Shown one piece after another: positions 11,601-20,434 of a stretch of 64,000 nucleotides of DNA; position 1 is the first letter of the stretch; every line of letters starts with the position of its first letter. The stretch comes from Aulosira sp. ZfuVER01. GTDB taxonomy: Bacteria; Cyanobacteriota; Cyanobacteriia; Cyanobacteriales; Nostocaceae. The stretch is taken from NCBI GenBank assembly GCA_034530615.2, contig JAVRCV020000056.1, forward strand, positions 1-64,000, given 5' to 3'. The position numbers and the translations under genes were made by a program. The notes below the pieces were generated by a model. That model saw nothing but the letters and a program-made list of their open reading frames with translations. It was not told where the DNA came from and ran no database searches.

Positions 11601-12249
11601 AGCGAATCCTCCAAGGTCAACTCGTACCCCAATCGTACCACTCAGGGAAGCTAAGGCTTTACTGTCTCCACAACCAGTAGTAGAACCGTTAGAGGAACCT
11701 GAGATTCCAAGAGTATCTGCCCCTATTCCCCAACCTGTAACACCGCCGCCGTCGTCGCCTCCCGCACCACCGACTCCCTCAAACACTGCCGTTGAACCAA
11801 TACCAACGCAGATACAAGAAGAACCAGATACTTCTGACACTTCTGTTGAAGAAACGCCAAATCTGCCGCCAGCCTCAGACCCTTTCAATGATGATCCCGC
11901 ACCACCGACGCGCTCAAACACTGCCGTTGAGCCAACGCCAACGCAGATACCAGAACAGCCAGAGACTTCAGACACTTCTGTTGAAGAAACGCCAAATCTT
12001 CCGCCGCCAGCCTCAGACCCTTTTAATGATGAACCCCTAGCTTTTTTACCGCGATCGCCAGTAGTAGAGCCCCCCCAGGAGCCTGATTCGCCAGAGATTG
12101 CTGATGCACAAACACAGAACGATTCACCTCAGCCGGATGAAGCACAACCAAGAGTGAAAAAAATTCTGTTGCAAACCATACCCAAAATTATTGTTATTTT
12201 ACCTGCCACACAGATGGCAAAGGGGAGTTTGACATACTCACTGTCGTAA
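8644..12249 (+). CDS. Large putative fibre/receptor-binding protein with carbohydrate-binding-like jelly-roll domains and a Pro/acidic C-terminal tail
   Basis: 1201 aa; LLVNGDF and LRNSLF..W starts typical of CBM4/9-like domains; one copy of the repeat found in 2623..7533; Pro-rich duplicated tail. Confidence 0.55.
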   Translation: MKIRTKYQGGNDPFEGDRILWLRSLPIGANITGATVTLIPANAPQFEETFTFPSNDGGITKTVTPVNSSNSAIKPAVEIDFHARRTVTSVEGSGGVTTLQIDMGGAYTGIADDGTFLTPDKTDFKVNLSSTTAPLPSLTLNKFKLTGDRTNLDITKVTIRSVPTNVSVRLGQLPPVWTKLGELATADTSPNFATVFNAFLATAQQQDGFYQIPLLVHSDTIARLDVELVVEYFIEQRVLPPHLPEVKLAYGFSTLPSLEDTFTTVTLPKEAQAIAGRSSAKIIGEFNPTRIALGPIGDDPTSVPSKTTEINILVSPTQQLAQPLKSDTEIAVTGIDVPLGKIEPGLAGLNISIQSDADGKPSGEVLVSAEVRVDKPLPDQSTWGSATLPTPFRAEATKRYWLILQSQVGEAHWLGTHDTTKDTTGHPGLQSSRDGGLSWRIATVEKAPSPLRALFRLRTVPENFTVPVQLQIGKGADAVRLRLDDFAPLGRIEFSFDFAKPLGEYLSKVDKSSNPCGTGELLVNGDFNQPPHDDATRRLFGFDTASGDSITGTVNLSRGVNLSRERFITLAVNNDKPISIDCAGVNPARTTLEEIVNAINKATKRQIASSEDVLFLSAPSEGRVELLPWRRAGIPQGWEQSTNTQEQLWRIKVPTAADTQERVVAALYAKGTNPVVLAQRIPATSECTYKLQFFFEIEDYPADIGLPEFGRREQFAPARWEVHWLDATGQIIQEEQEAIASYVEFSGQFAVSSRRPKRGIVELLLTAPQNTKQVEIRFVQPPPGLLIVDNVSLQPTSQRLRNSLFQQWQQESRNSPVRLPAGWQNLSGWVDEQSTPKRGAKLRGDGPDDAVIVQTAAVVAGERYELQVNSQFLSASNSDETRSLQQRSRLELHWQNNGSVGTPVIIPLDGRDFPTHTWVGIAPDGATSAEIRIVHPKNQGDLLIESVSLSQAGLVSVPLIFLAEAPGELTVSDWRVAYDLPTPPAPANPPRSTRTPIVPLREAKALLSPQPVVEPLEEPEIPRVSAPIPQPVTPPPSSPPAPPTPSNTAVEPIPTQIQEEPDTSDTSVEETPNLPPASDPFNDDPAPPTRSNTAVEPTPTQIPEQPETSDTSVEETPNLPPPASDPFNDEPLAFLPRSPVVEPPQEPDSPEIADAQTQNDSPQPDEAQPRVKKILLQTIPKIIVILPATQMAKGSLTYSLS
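11761..12033 (+). repeat. Tandem duplication of ~135 bp (45 codons) inside the Pro-rich tail
   Basis: cccgcaccaccgac...cctcagacccttt.aatgatga starts at 11761 and again at 11896. Confidence 0.9.
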
Positions 12250-12326
12250 TACCCCCTGAATCACCATCTGCATTCACAAGGAACAATGAAAATACCTATT
12301 CTCTATTCCCTATTTTCAAGATAGTT

Positions 12327-14351
12327 CTATTTCCTCGTCATCAACCCCCGAGATTGCTCTACCAGGCGAATAAACTCACCTCGATAGCCCTCCTGATCTT
12401 CGCCCTTCCCTTGAGTTGCTAATTTCATCACCAAATCATAATTAGCATTACCCTTATACTCAGAGTCACGTAGTAACATCCCAAAGGTAGCTACCGCAGC
12501 AGCAAATCTCAGGTTTGTGGAGGGTACTCGTTCAGTGCTGAAATCAGCATCTGGGATGGGTTGGGTAATTAGCTGACTGGTACTGTCTTGGGGCAATTTA
12601 TATCGCAGTTTCACTTGCATTAACTCATTGCTGGCAGTATCGGTTTTAGTTATATCAGAACGCTGATATCGCAAGGGGTCTACTGTAGGCAGTTTCACAT
12701 CGCTCTTGATACCAGTGGGAATTATTTCATAAAGTGCTGTCACAGAATGACCAGCCCCAATATCGCCTGCATCTTTTTTATCGTCATTGAAATCTTGGTT
12801 TTGCAGCAGGCGGTTTTCGTAGCCAATCAAGCGATAAGCCTGAACTTTCGCTGGATTAAATTCCACCTGAATTTTCACATCCTTGGCAATGGTAAACAGA
12901 GTTCCCCTGAGATCGTTAACTAAAACTTTTTTGGCTTCCAAGAGGGTATCGATGTAAGCGTAGTTGCCGTTACCCTTATCAGCCAGTTGCTCCATTTTTG
13001 AGTCCTTATAATTGCCCGTACCAAATCCCAACACCGTCAGGAAAATTCCTTGCTCTCGCTTCTGTTCAATTAATCGTGTCAGTTCGGCATCGCTAGAAAC
13101 ACCAACATTAAAATCTCCATCGGTAGCTAAAATGACTCTATTATTAGCAGATTTGATGAAGCTTTGTTTGGCTATTTTGTAGGCGAGTTCAATACCTTGT
13201 CCACCAGCAGTGGAGCCTCCAGCCTTTAAGCGATCGATTGCTGAGTGAATTTTTGCTTTCTGACTACCAGGAGTAGCAGGTAACACCAATCCAGCATTCC
13301 CTGCATAGACTACCAAACTTACCCTGTCTTCAGGACGCAGTTGATTTACTAGCAATTTCAAGGACTGTTGCACCAAGGGTAATTTGTTGGGTTCATCCAT
13401 AGAACCGGAGACATCAATCAAAAATACTAGGTTGCTAGGTGGTAAAGCTGCACTCTCTAGGCGTTTACCTTGCAAACCTACCTGTACCAGCTTGTGTTGC
13501 GAATTCCAGGGAGCAGTAGCAACTTCCGTAGTCACAGAAAAAGGGCGATCGCCTTTTGGTTGGGGATAATTGTAAATAAAATAGTTAATCAATTCTTCAA
13601 TTCGTACTGCATCCTTTGGCGGTAAGTCTCCTTGAGTAATAAACCGTCGCACGTTGCTGTAGGATGCTGTATCAACATCAATAGAAAAGGTAGAAAGTGA
13701 GTCATTACTGACAAGATGAAAGGGATTGTCATCAATCCGGTTGTAGTTTTCTGTGTTGAATCTACCCGTTTGCGGTTCAGCAGCAACCGTTCCCATACGT
13801 CTAACAGCTTGAAGTTTAGGGCTGGCAGGGCGGTTAACAAATTGCTCTTGAGCAGATGAGCTAGACGGAATACTAGGAAGTGGGGGTAAGGCTTGAGTCT
13901 TGCGATTAGTCCTAGTAGGAGTGATGTTACTACGGGCATCCAACTCATCTGTCCGATTTCTGAGGGTTGCTAACTCTGGTGCAAATTCGTACTGCAAGCG
14001 TTGCAGGGTTTTCAGATCTGCTGGGTTGGGATTAGTCGCTATTAGCTCATTGCTGCGATTCACACAGGCATTTAAGACGCTGGCAAACTCAGCCCGGGTT
14101 ATAGGCAGAGTGCCAAAGTTTTGGATTGAGACGACACAACTATATTTTTGTACCAATGCCTGGAGTGACTGGTAGTCAGGGTGATTGGGTAGAATGGAGG
14201 TAGCTGGGGTAGAACTTTGAAGAGTCCGATCGGCTGGAATCGCAACCGTAGCAGGCTGACGTAAAATGGCAATTCCGACTGACGGTATCAATAATAACAC
14301 AGTCACAATACTGATTCGCTGCCAGAGTTTGGATGGAATCGGGTAAGACAT
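12327..14351 (-). CDS. YfbK-like VWA-domain protein with N-terminal signal/TM and porin-type SLH plus coiled coil
   Basis: STFSIDVDTASY, NLVFLIDVSGSM (MIDAS), ILATDGDFNVG, DAGDIGAGHSVTALYE; N-terminal LQALVQKYSC..ITRAEFASVLNAC. Confidence 0.85.
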   Translation of the reverse strand: MSYPIPSKLWQRISIVTVLLLIPSVGIAILRQPATVAIPADRTLQSSTPATSILPNHPDYQSLQALVQKYSCVVSIQNFGTLPITRAEFASVLNACVNRSNELIATNPNPADLKTLQRLQYEFAPELATLRNRTDELDARSNITPTRTNRKTQALPPLPSIPSSSSAQEQFVNRPASPKLQAVRRMGTVAAEPQTGRFNTENYNRIDDNPFHLVSNDSLSTFSIDVDTASYSNVRRFITQGDLPPKDAVRIEELINYFIYNYPQPKGDRPFSVTTEVATAPWNSQHKLVQVGLQGKRLESAALPPSNLVFLIDVSGSMDEPNKLPLVQQSLKLLVNQLRPEDRVSLVVYAGNAGLVLPATPGSQKAKIHSAIDRLKAGGSTAGGQGIELAYKIAKQSFIKSANNRVILATDGDFNVGVSSDAELTRLIEQKREQGIFLTVLGFGTGNYKDSKMEQLADKGNGNYAYIDTLLEAKKVLVNDLRGTLFTIAKDVKIQVEFNPAKVQAYRLIGYENRLLQNQDFNDDKKDAGDIGAGHSVTALYEIIPTGIKSDVKLPTVDPLRYQRSDITKTDTASNELMQVKLRYKLPQDSTSQLITQPIPDADFSTERVPSTNLRFAAAVATFGMLLRDSEYKGNANYDLVMKLATQGKGEDQEGYRGEFIRLVEQSRGLMTRK

Positions 14352-15015
14352 GACTAAATTCTCACACTAATTCGGGTATCGGCTCAAAACTTCATAGGAT
14401 GTGTGGCAGCCCTGTCTATTTAGACGGGGTTACTGACATTTGAAGGCTATAATCTAGAATAATCTTGAGCAGCTTGAGATTTCATAGCTGTTGCAGTTTT
14501 GGTAACTGTAACTGGTGGCAGTGATTGTACTGATACAGTGAGATTGCGTCACAACTGCCAGCCTATTGCTCATAATAAGTAGTCGTGCAAAATAAATTAT
14601 GCATTTAGACAAGGGAACAGGTAACAGACAGTTTGGTTGAAAACCTTGATTTTCTTGTTGACGAATTTCTATATGCCAAGAGCCTTAATAACGACCAGTT
14701 TTAATAACAGACTTTGGAATATGAAAATTATTGGAAGATTGTGCAATAGCACGAACATCTTGTCTCCCTATTTAAATATTTGCCCAAAAATGTTAAAAAT
14801 AATCTTCTAACTATCTATATATGAGATGAAGCTATTCATGTTAGATAAAGGCTCTATTTCTTCTAGATTCATAATTATTTTGAAGGTTGAATTAAAAATA
14901 TGTATCGAATTTGCATTATTAGTTTTTTCTACTCAGAAATTAATGATGCGTTGAACTATGATGCTTAAATTACAAGGGTTTGCTTCTAGCATCGCTTTTA
15001 TAAAAATTGTGTTTA

Positions 15016-15384
15016 CTACTCCAAATTTAACAATATTTTAGGTAATGATTTAAGAGCCTGAGTTAAACCTTTAGCACCTGTAATTTTCATTCCTGCGTAT
15101 GGTCTTTTGGCTTTGAGGATTTGAAAACAATGCCGTTGTGCATCTCGTTTTAGTACTCTGTGTAGGTTCTTATTGGTGACTTTTTCACCTAAAGTTTGCG
15201 AAAGCGATCGCCACAGTTCGTAACCAACATCTTTGATGTGACTAGCATCATATTTAACCTCTCGTGTCATTTCTTGGTAAGTTTTACCCTCCTAGGAATA
15301 ACGAAAGACAATTTCTTGAACTTTGGTTAAGCGTCCCCGTTCTAATAATTGCTCGACTAGTGCGATCGCCTCTTCTACGGTCAT
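15016..15384 (-). pseudogene. Remnant of the N-terminal wHTH of a cyanobacterial STAND (NB-ARC/WD40 or AAA-type) protein
   Basis: MTVEEAIALVEQLLERGRLTKVQEIVFRYS*EGKTYQEM..YDASHIKDVGYELWRSLSQTLGEKVT; TAG at 15292-15294 where W is expected; NTPase part missing. Confidence 0.7.
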
Positions 15385-15460
15385 TTACCGACTTAAGAAT
15401 ACCAACATCTTTACAATCTTCGCACTATTTATTCATCAATTTTACGTAAATCAACTAACT

Positions 15461-15502
15461 TTTTTCGACTTTTCTCCGTCTTTTCTCCGTCTTTTTTCCG
15501 AC
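15461..15502 (+). promoter_or_regulatory. 11-bp-period direct repeats (TTTCTCCGTCT-like)
   Basis: tttttcgactt ttctccgtctt ttctccgtctt ttttccgac between the STAND remnant and a divergent short ORF. Confidence 0.5.
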
Positions 15503-15889
15503 CCTCAAACTTGATACCAGGCAGTAAAGTAGTGATAGCCTCAACTTTTTATACAGGAGAAGCGATGTCTACGGTAAGGCAGGCGATCTCTTTCTCCAAC
15601 TAAATAAACTCTTAATTTACAGTTTTTTTGGAAAAACAAATGATTCAGAAAGTCAAATCATCGAAGAAGTTATGCATCTTGCCTGGGTTGTCAGCAGTTC
15701 TATCAACTTGTGTTTTAAACACAGATTCTAGCCGACTACTGCCTTCTATTAACTCAAGCGCTTTAGCCAAAAACCCTAACAATCTTCCGGTTGGCTTTCG
15801 TGAAAGAAGAGAGCAGGGGTAGCTTTTGGATCTGACCGATGACAAAAAGCTCCAAAATCCAAAACTGTATCACTACAAACTCATCAAAA

Positions 15890-18235
15890 TTAATGCGATA
15901 GACCAATAGCAGCTTGATACAAAGATTGAATCTTTTGCCCATCATGGGGATACTCAACCACAGCACAATTGCAAGCTACTTGAAAGCGATCGCCTCCGGG
16001 AATTGTGAATATTTGTTGGCGAAGGGTAGTTAAAATGTTACCAAGGCGGTCTTTGACTTCTGTTTTTGTTAACCCAGAAATCCCTATTACAAATTCGCCA
16101 TTGCCCCAATAACCGAGAACTTCACCACTGCAAAAGGCTGATTGAAATAGGCTACTCCATCTTTGCAATACTTGGTTTCCAGTTTCATGTCCGTACTTGC
16201 TATTAATTTGGCGTAACTCAGTCACACTCAATATCGCCAAGCAAAGGGAGTGTTGATGTTTCTGGGCTTGAACAATCAACTTTTGTAAGTCGCGGCTAGA
16301 CTGTAACTGATTTGCTAGTCCGGTTAAAGGGTCTTTGGTAGAGAGGGATTTAAGTAAGCGGCTGCGTTCTAAGCGATGGGTAATGCGTGCCAAAAGTTCT
16401 ACCCCGACAACCGGTTTCACCACATAGTCATCTCCGCCAACAGCAAACACCTGCTGCACGGTTTCTATATCCCGGTGTGCGGTGAGAAACACAATTGGTA
16501 ATTCCTGCCATTGGGGATCGGTGCGTACTGCTTGACACAGTTCTATCCCACTGATGTGGGGCATCTCTACATCCAAAATTAATAAATCTGGTGTGGTAGA
16601 TTGCAGTACCTCCCAGAAACGCAGGGGTTCATCTAAGCCCACGATCCGCATACCCCAAGGTTCTAACATGGGGCGCAATGCTGCTAAAACTACAGGATCG
16701 TCATCTACTACTAATACATTTACCCGCAGAGTATGGGTACGCTGTAATAATTGAGATGAACTATCCCAGATTTGAGCAGCTGTTACAGGCTTGGCTAAAA
16801 AACCCCGCGCCCCATACTGAGCCAAAGTTACACGTTCTACTAGTTCATCAGCAGCAGCTATCACAAGAACGGGTATAGGCGGAGTACGGGTTGCTAACTC
16901 TGATAAAAGTGCCAAACTTTCTTGCCGACATCCCACCTCACCTACATTTAGCACCACTAGATCGGGTGATGTAGTTTGCAATAAGTTTTTTGCATCCTCT
17001 AACTTAGTAATTTGCTGCCAGTGAATTCCTAAGTTCTGAACAAGTTGTTGCAACTGAGAACCCAGTTGCGGATCGGGGTCAATTAGTAGCAGTCGCGTAT
17101 TAATTTCTTCTACTATCAAATTGGTAGTTAGATTCTCAACCTTTTGCCCCATCAAGTTGATTAAGTTACCCAACTCTTGAATTTGCGATCGCAACTGACT
17201 TTTTTGGGTTGAAGACAAATCTCCATCTTTGCTGAGAATCTGTTCAATTTCCCTGGCTATTTGAGTACCAGTTTCTTGCTCAAACATTCCCAAAACGCCA
17301 GCTAGCTTATGTGCTTCTTTTTCTGCGGCTTGGCGTAACTCCTGAGTTAAGTTGCTAGAGAGGGCGGCGGCGGCTTGTTGCAGTACTGCCATCCGTTGCT
17401 GCATCAGCCCTGCATATTGATGCCACAACTTACTCATGGCTTGGTTGAACTGCTGTTCAATCTTCGAGATTGGTAATTTTTCTTGCTTTCCTCTAGTTAC
17501 CGTTGTAGGTTCCTGTTTAGTTGATTTCGGGCTTTCCTGCTTTCCTTGCTCACCTGCTTCTTTTACAGATGGGTTTAATCGATATCCCAAACCATAAACG
17601 TTTTCAATCCAGTCTACTGCTCCGGCGGCTTTCAACTTTTGCCGTAAGCCTTTAATGTGCGATTTTACACTTTCTTCTTGAGGCGGATCGTCAAAAGTCC
17701 AGAGATGTTCGATAATGTTCCCGCGGCTGAAAACCCGGGAAGGATTGCGGATAAATAGCTCTAGCAGGCTGTATTCTTTAGGTGTTAAATCTAGAACTTT
17801 ACTGTTAAATGTTACTTCACAACTACTGGGGTCGAGACGCAATCCCCCAATTTCCAATACTAAGGAAACTGGAGTATCAGCCCGACGTAACAGCGCCCGA
17901 ACTCTGGCTTGCAGTTCTCCTAAATCTAAAGGTTTAATCAGATAATCATCTGCACCAGCATCAAGCCCACGAATGCGATCGCTAGTTGCATCTTTTGCAG
18001 TCATTAACAAAATGGGAGTAGAATTGCCACTGGAGCGTAAGCGTTGACATAAGCTAATACCGTCCAGTTTGGGCAATCCCACATCTATTAATATCAAATC
18101 GTAGTTATAACTTTGAGTATATTCCCAACCCACAGATCCATCTTGTGCGATGTCAACCACATAGTGTTGTTGCGTTAGCGAATTCAATAAGATATTTACT
18201 AAAACCTCATCATCTTCGATCAGCAAGATTTTCAT
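15890..18235 (-). CDS. RcaC-like multidomain response regulator: REC-OmpR wHTH-Hpt-REC-REC-degenerate GGDEF
   Basis: MKILLIEDD start (ORF track extends to 18253); LTPKEYSLLELF..IENVYGLGY wHTH; EAHKLAGVLG Hpt; two more REC; DPLTGLAN..GYWGNGEF. Confidence 0.85.
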   Translation of the reverse strand: MKILLIEDDEVLVNILLNSLTQQHYVVDIAQDGSVGWEYTQSYNYDLILIDVGLPKLDGISLCQRLRSSGNSTPILLMTAKDATSDRIRGLDAGADDYLIKPLDLGELQARVRALLRRADTPVSLVLEIGGLRLDPSSCEVTFNSKVLDLTPKEYSLLELFIRNPSRVFSRGNIIEHLWTFDDPPQEESVKSHIKGLRQKLKAAGAVDWIENVYGLGYRLNPSVKEAGEQGKQESPKSTKQEPTTVTRGKQEKLPISKIEQQFNQAMSKLWHQYAGLMQQRMAVLQQAAAALSSNLTQELRQAAEKEAHKLAGVLGMFEQETGTQIAREIEQILSKDGDLSSTQKSQLRSQIQELGNLINLMGQKVENLTTNLIVEEINTRLLLIDPDPQLGSQLQQLVQNLGIHWQQITKLEDAKNLLQTTSPDLVVLNVGEVGCRQESLALLSELATRTPPIPVLVIAAADELVERVTLAQYGARGFLAKPVTAAQIWDSSSQLLQRTHTLRVNVLVVDDDPVVLAALRPMLEPWGMRIVGLDEPLRFWEVLQSTTPDLLILDVEMPHISGIELCQAVRTDPQWQELPIVFLTAHRDIETVQQVFAVGGDDYVVKPVVGVELLARITHRLERSRLLKSLSTKDPLTGLANQLQSSRDLQKLIVQAQKHQHSLCLAILSVTELRQINSKYGHETGNQVLQRWSSLFQSAFCSGEVLGYWGNGEFVIGISGLTKTEVKDRLGNILTTLRQQIFTIPGGDRFQVACNCAVVEYPHDGQKIQSLYQAAIGLSH

Positions 18236-18513
18236 GACTAAACTAGTCTTCAATAACGTGAGTTACCGTCTTGTCTATCGATGCACCTATGACCTGTATC
18301 GTTAATCATAATCTCTATTGGTTCTTTTGTACCATTTTGACAGCGTTAGCGATCGCTTGCGGTTTTTTCATATTTAGTAACACTCTGTGAATGAATTGCG
18401 TGCAAATCCAAAGATTGTATTAGGAAATATTGGCACTTACTCAAAAATATGATAACTAAGTAAAACCTTACATACCAAATATGAAATAGTTCTTGAAGGA
18501 GTAATACCAAGAA

Positions 18514-18882
18514 ATGTTAAGGAAATCCATCCTTATATGTGACGATCTTGTGGATAACTGTATTATCCTTCAAGTAATTTTAGAAATGGAAGGATATACA
18601 GTTGAGTGTGTAACCTCTGGTATAGAAGCCATCAATCAAATTAAATTAAATAAACCCGATTTGCTATTGCTAGATGTAATGATGCCGGGATTGAATGGTT
18701 TTGAAGTAGTTAAACTGCTCCGGCAAGATCAACATTTGCAAACTCTACCTATTTTGCTGATTACAGCATATAAACAAATGATTGTCCCGAAGTTAACTCA
18801 CATAAAAGTTAATAAAGTTCTCCACAAACCTGTGAATAGTGACGACTTGGTTGAAACAGTTCATGAGGTTCTACAAGCTTAG
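18514..18882 (+). CDS. Single-domain response regulator
   Basis: ILICDD, PDLLLLDVMMPGLNGF, KP motif. Confidence 0.85.
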   Translation: MLRKSILICDDLVDNCIILQVILEMEGYTVECVTSGIEAINQIKLNKPDLLLLDVMMPGLNGFEVVKLLRQDQHLQTLPILLITAYKQMIVPKLTHIKVNKVLHKPVNSDDLVETVHEVLQA

Positions 18883-18972
18883 AAATACGAGTAGCTGTAG
18901 ATTAGTTCAACAGGTTTATGAAGAAAGCTATCAACCTTTATATTGCTATTATATTTAAAATAAAAATCAACC

Positions 18973-20334
18973 TCATGCTAACCGTTCTGCTACAGTGCGA
19001 TCGCTAGAAAATAGAGAAAGAAAATTATTATTTGTGCGTTTGCGTCCCCGTTTCATTTCTTTTTTGATTTCATCGATGTAAGGGCAAAAATCTACCTGCA
19101 TTGTGTGTCGTTTGGAATTGACATACTGTTTTTGTGTCAGTCGCCGTTCTTTCTCTATATGGCGCAACATTTCTGCTTTGCTTGGTAAACTGACGTTTCC
19201 AGTAATCACTTCAGCAATCCACTTAGATTGCCATTCGGCTAAAGGCATAATTGCACCTATGGGTTGCAACAAACCAATAAAGTAAAGATTGGGATGTTCT
19301 GGGTGTACAACTCGCTTGTACAGGGGAAATTCATTATCTTGGGGATTAATAAACTCTTTGTCAAAAAACGGAAAAGCAATTTTATAACCCGTACCGTAAA
19401 TAATGATATCTATTGGCAGTTCTGTACCATCTTCAAAACGCACGCGATCGCCTGCGAGTTCTTTGATGTTTGGTTTGATTTTTACCCTACCGTAGCCCAC
19501 AAAATTCAGTAATTCTGAGGAGATTGTTGGATGTTCGCTTAAGAATTTATGGGTGGGATTGGGGAAACCATAAGCTGATTGCGGGCCGCGCGCTAGATAT
19601 AACAGGATTTGACCATATAATCTTCGTAAGGCTAATGGCAACGCAAAAAACAAAGGTGTGAGGTAACTATCAAGAGTTCTACCTAAAATGTACTTTGGTA
19701 AAACATAGGCACTGCGACGAGTAGAAAGATAAGTTTGATTTGCCACTCGTGAAGTCTCACAAGCGATATCACAAGCTGAATTACCAACACCTACAACTAG
19801 AACATTTTTGTCATCCATCCCTTCTGGAGTTTTATAGTCGTGGGTGTGCATTGTCTTTCCCGTAAATTCTCCCGGGAATTTAGGCAAATTTGGACACCAG
19901 TGATGGCCGTTAGCCACAATTACTGCACCATAGCGCTGCGTTCGTTCCCCGTTAGCGTTTTTGATAGTGACATCATAAGTACCATCGCCAACTGGCGCGA
20001 CACGACAGACTTGCGTTTTGAAAGTGATTTTGTCTCGAAACCCAAAATGGTCAACATAAGACTCAAAATATTTGAGAACCTGGTTATGATTGGCATACTG
20101 CGGGTAGTCCTCCGGCATGGGAAAATCAGAGTAGGCCATCTGCCCCTTAGATGAATTGATATGCAAGGATTTATAAGCTGAAGACATCCCGTTATCATTC
20201 ATGTAGCGCCAATTACCACCAATCCCAGAACCTTTTTCAAAGCAGTCAAAGGCTATGCCGCGCTCGTGTAAGATTTTAGCAGCAGCAATTCCGGATGAAC
20301 CAGCACCGATAATACAAACGCGATCAAGAATCAT
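18973..20334 (-). CDS. Class B flavin-containing monooxygenase (FMO-like)
   Basis: IIGAGSSG, FTGKTMHTHDYK (FxGxxxHxxxY), VVGVGNSA. Confidence 0.9.
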   Translation of the reverse strand: MILDRVCIIGAGSSGIAAAKILHERGIAFDCFEKGSGIGGNWRYMNDNGMSSAYKSLHINSSKGQMAYSDFPMPEDYPQYANHNQVLKYFESYVDHFGFRDKITFKTQVCRVAPVGDGTYDVTIKNANGERTQRYGAVIVANGHHWCPNLPKFPGEFTGKTMHTHDYKTPEGMDDKNVLVVGVGNSACDIACETSRVANQTYLSTRRSAYVLPKYILGRTLDSYLTPLFFALPLALRRLYGQILLYLARGPQSAYGFPNPTHKFLSEHPTISSELLNFVGYGRVKIKPNIKELAGDRVRFEDGTELPIDIIIYGTGYKIAFPFFDKEFINPQDNEFPLYKRVVHPEHPNLYFIGLLQPIGAIMPLAEWQSKWIAEVITGNVSLPSKAEMLRHIEKERRLTQKQYVNSKRHTMQVDFCPYIDEIKKEMKRGRKRTNNNFLSLFSSDRTVAERLA

Positions 20335-20434
20335 ATTAGTAATTCCTCAAAATTTGTTATTGTTAATCTTTTTTCTTTTAAATTCTCTGCGGTTCGTAAA
20401 AATACAACCTATAAAAGTGATTTGGTATGAATAT

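Noticed and set aside
3953..11975. Numerous antisense ORFs of 60-145 aa within the CIS genes (and similar ones across the window)
   Set aside because: Shadow frames of long sense genes with no recognisable motifs
500..12249. Intact prophage
   Set aside because: No capsid, portal, terminase or lysis genes; HIP1-rich host-like DNA fits a domesticated tail-derived system better
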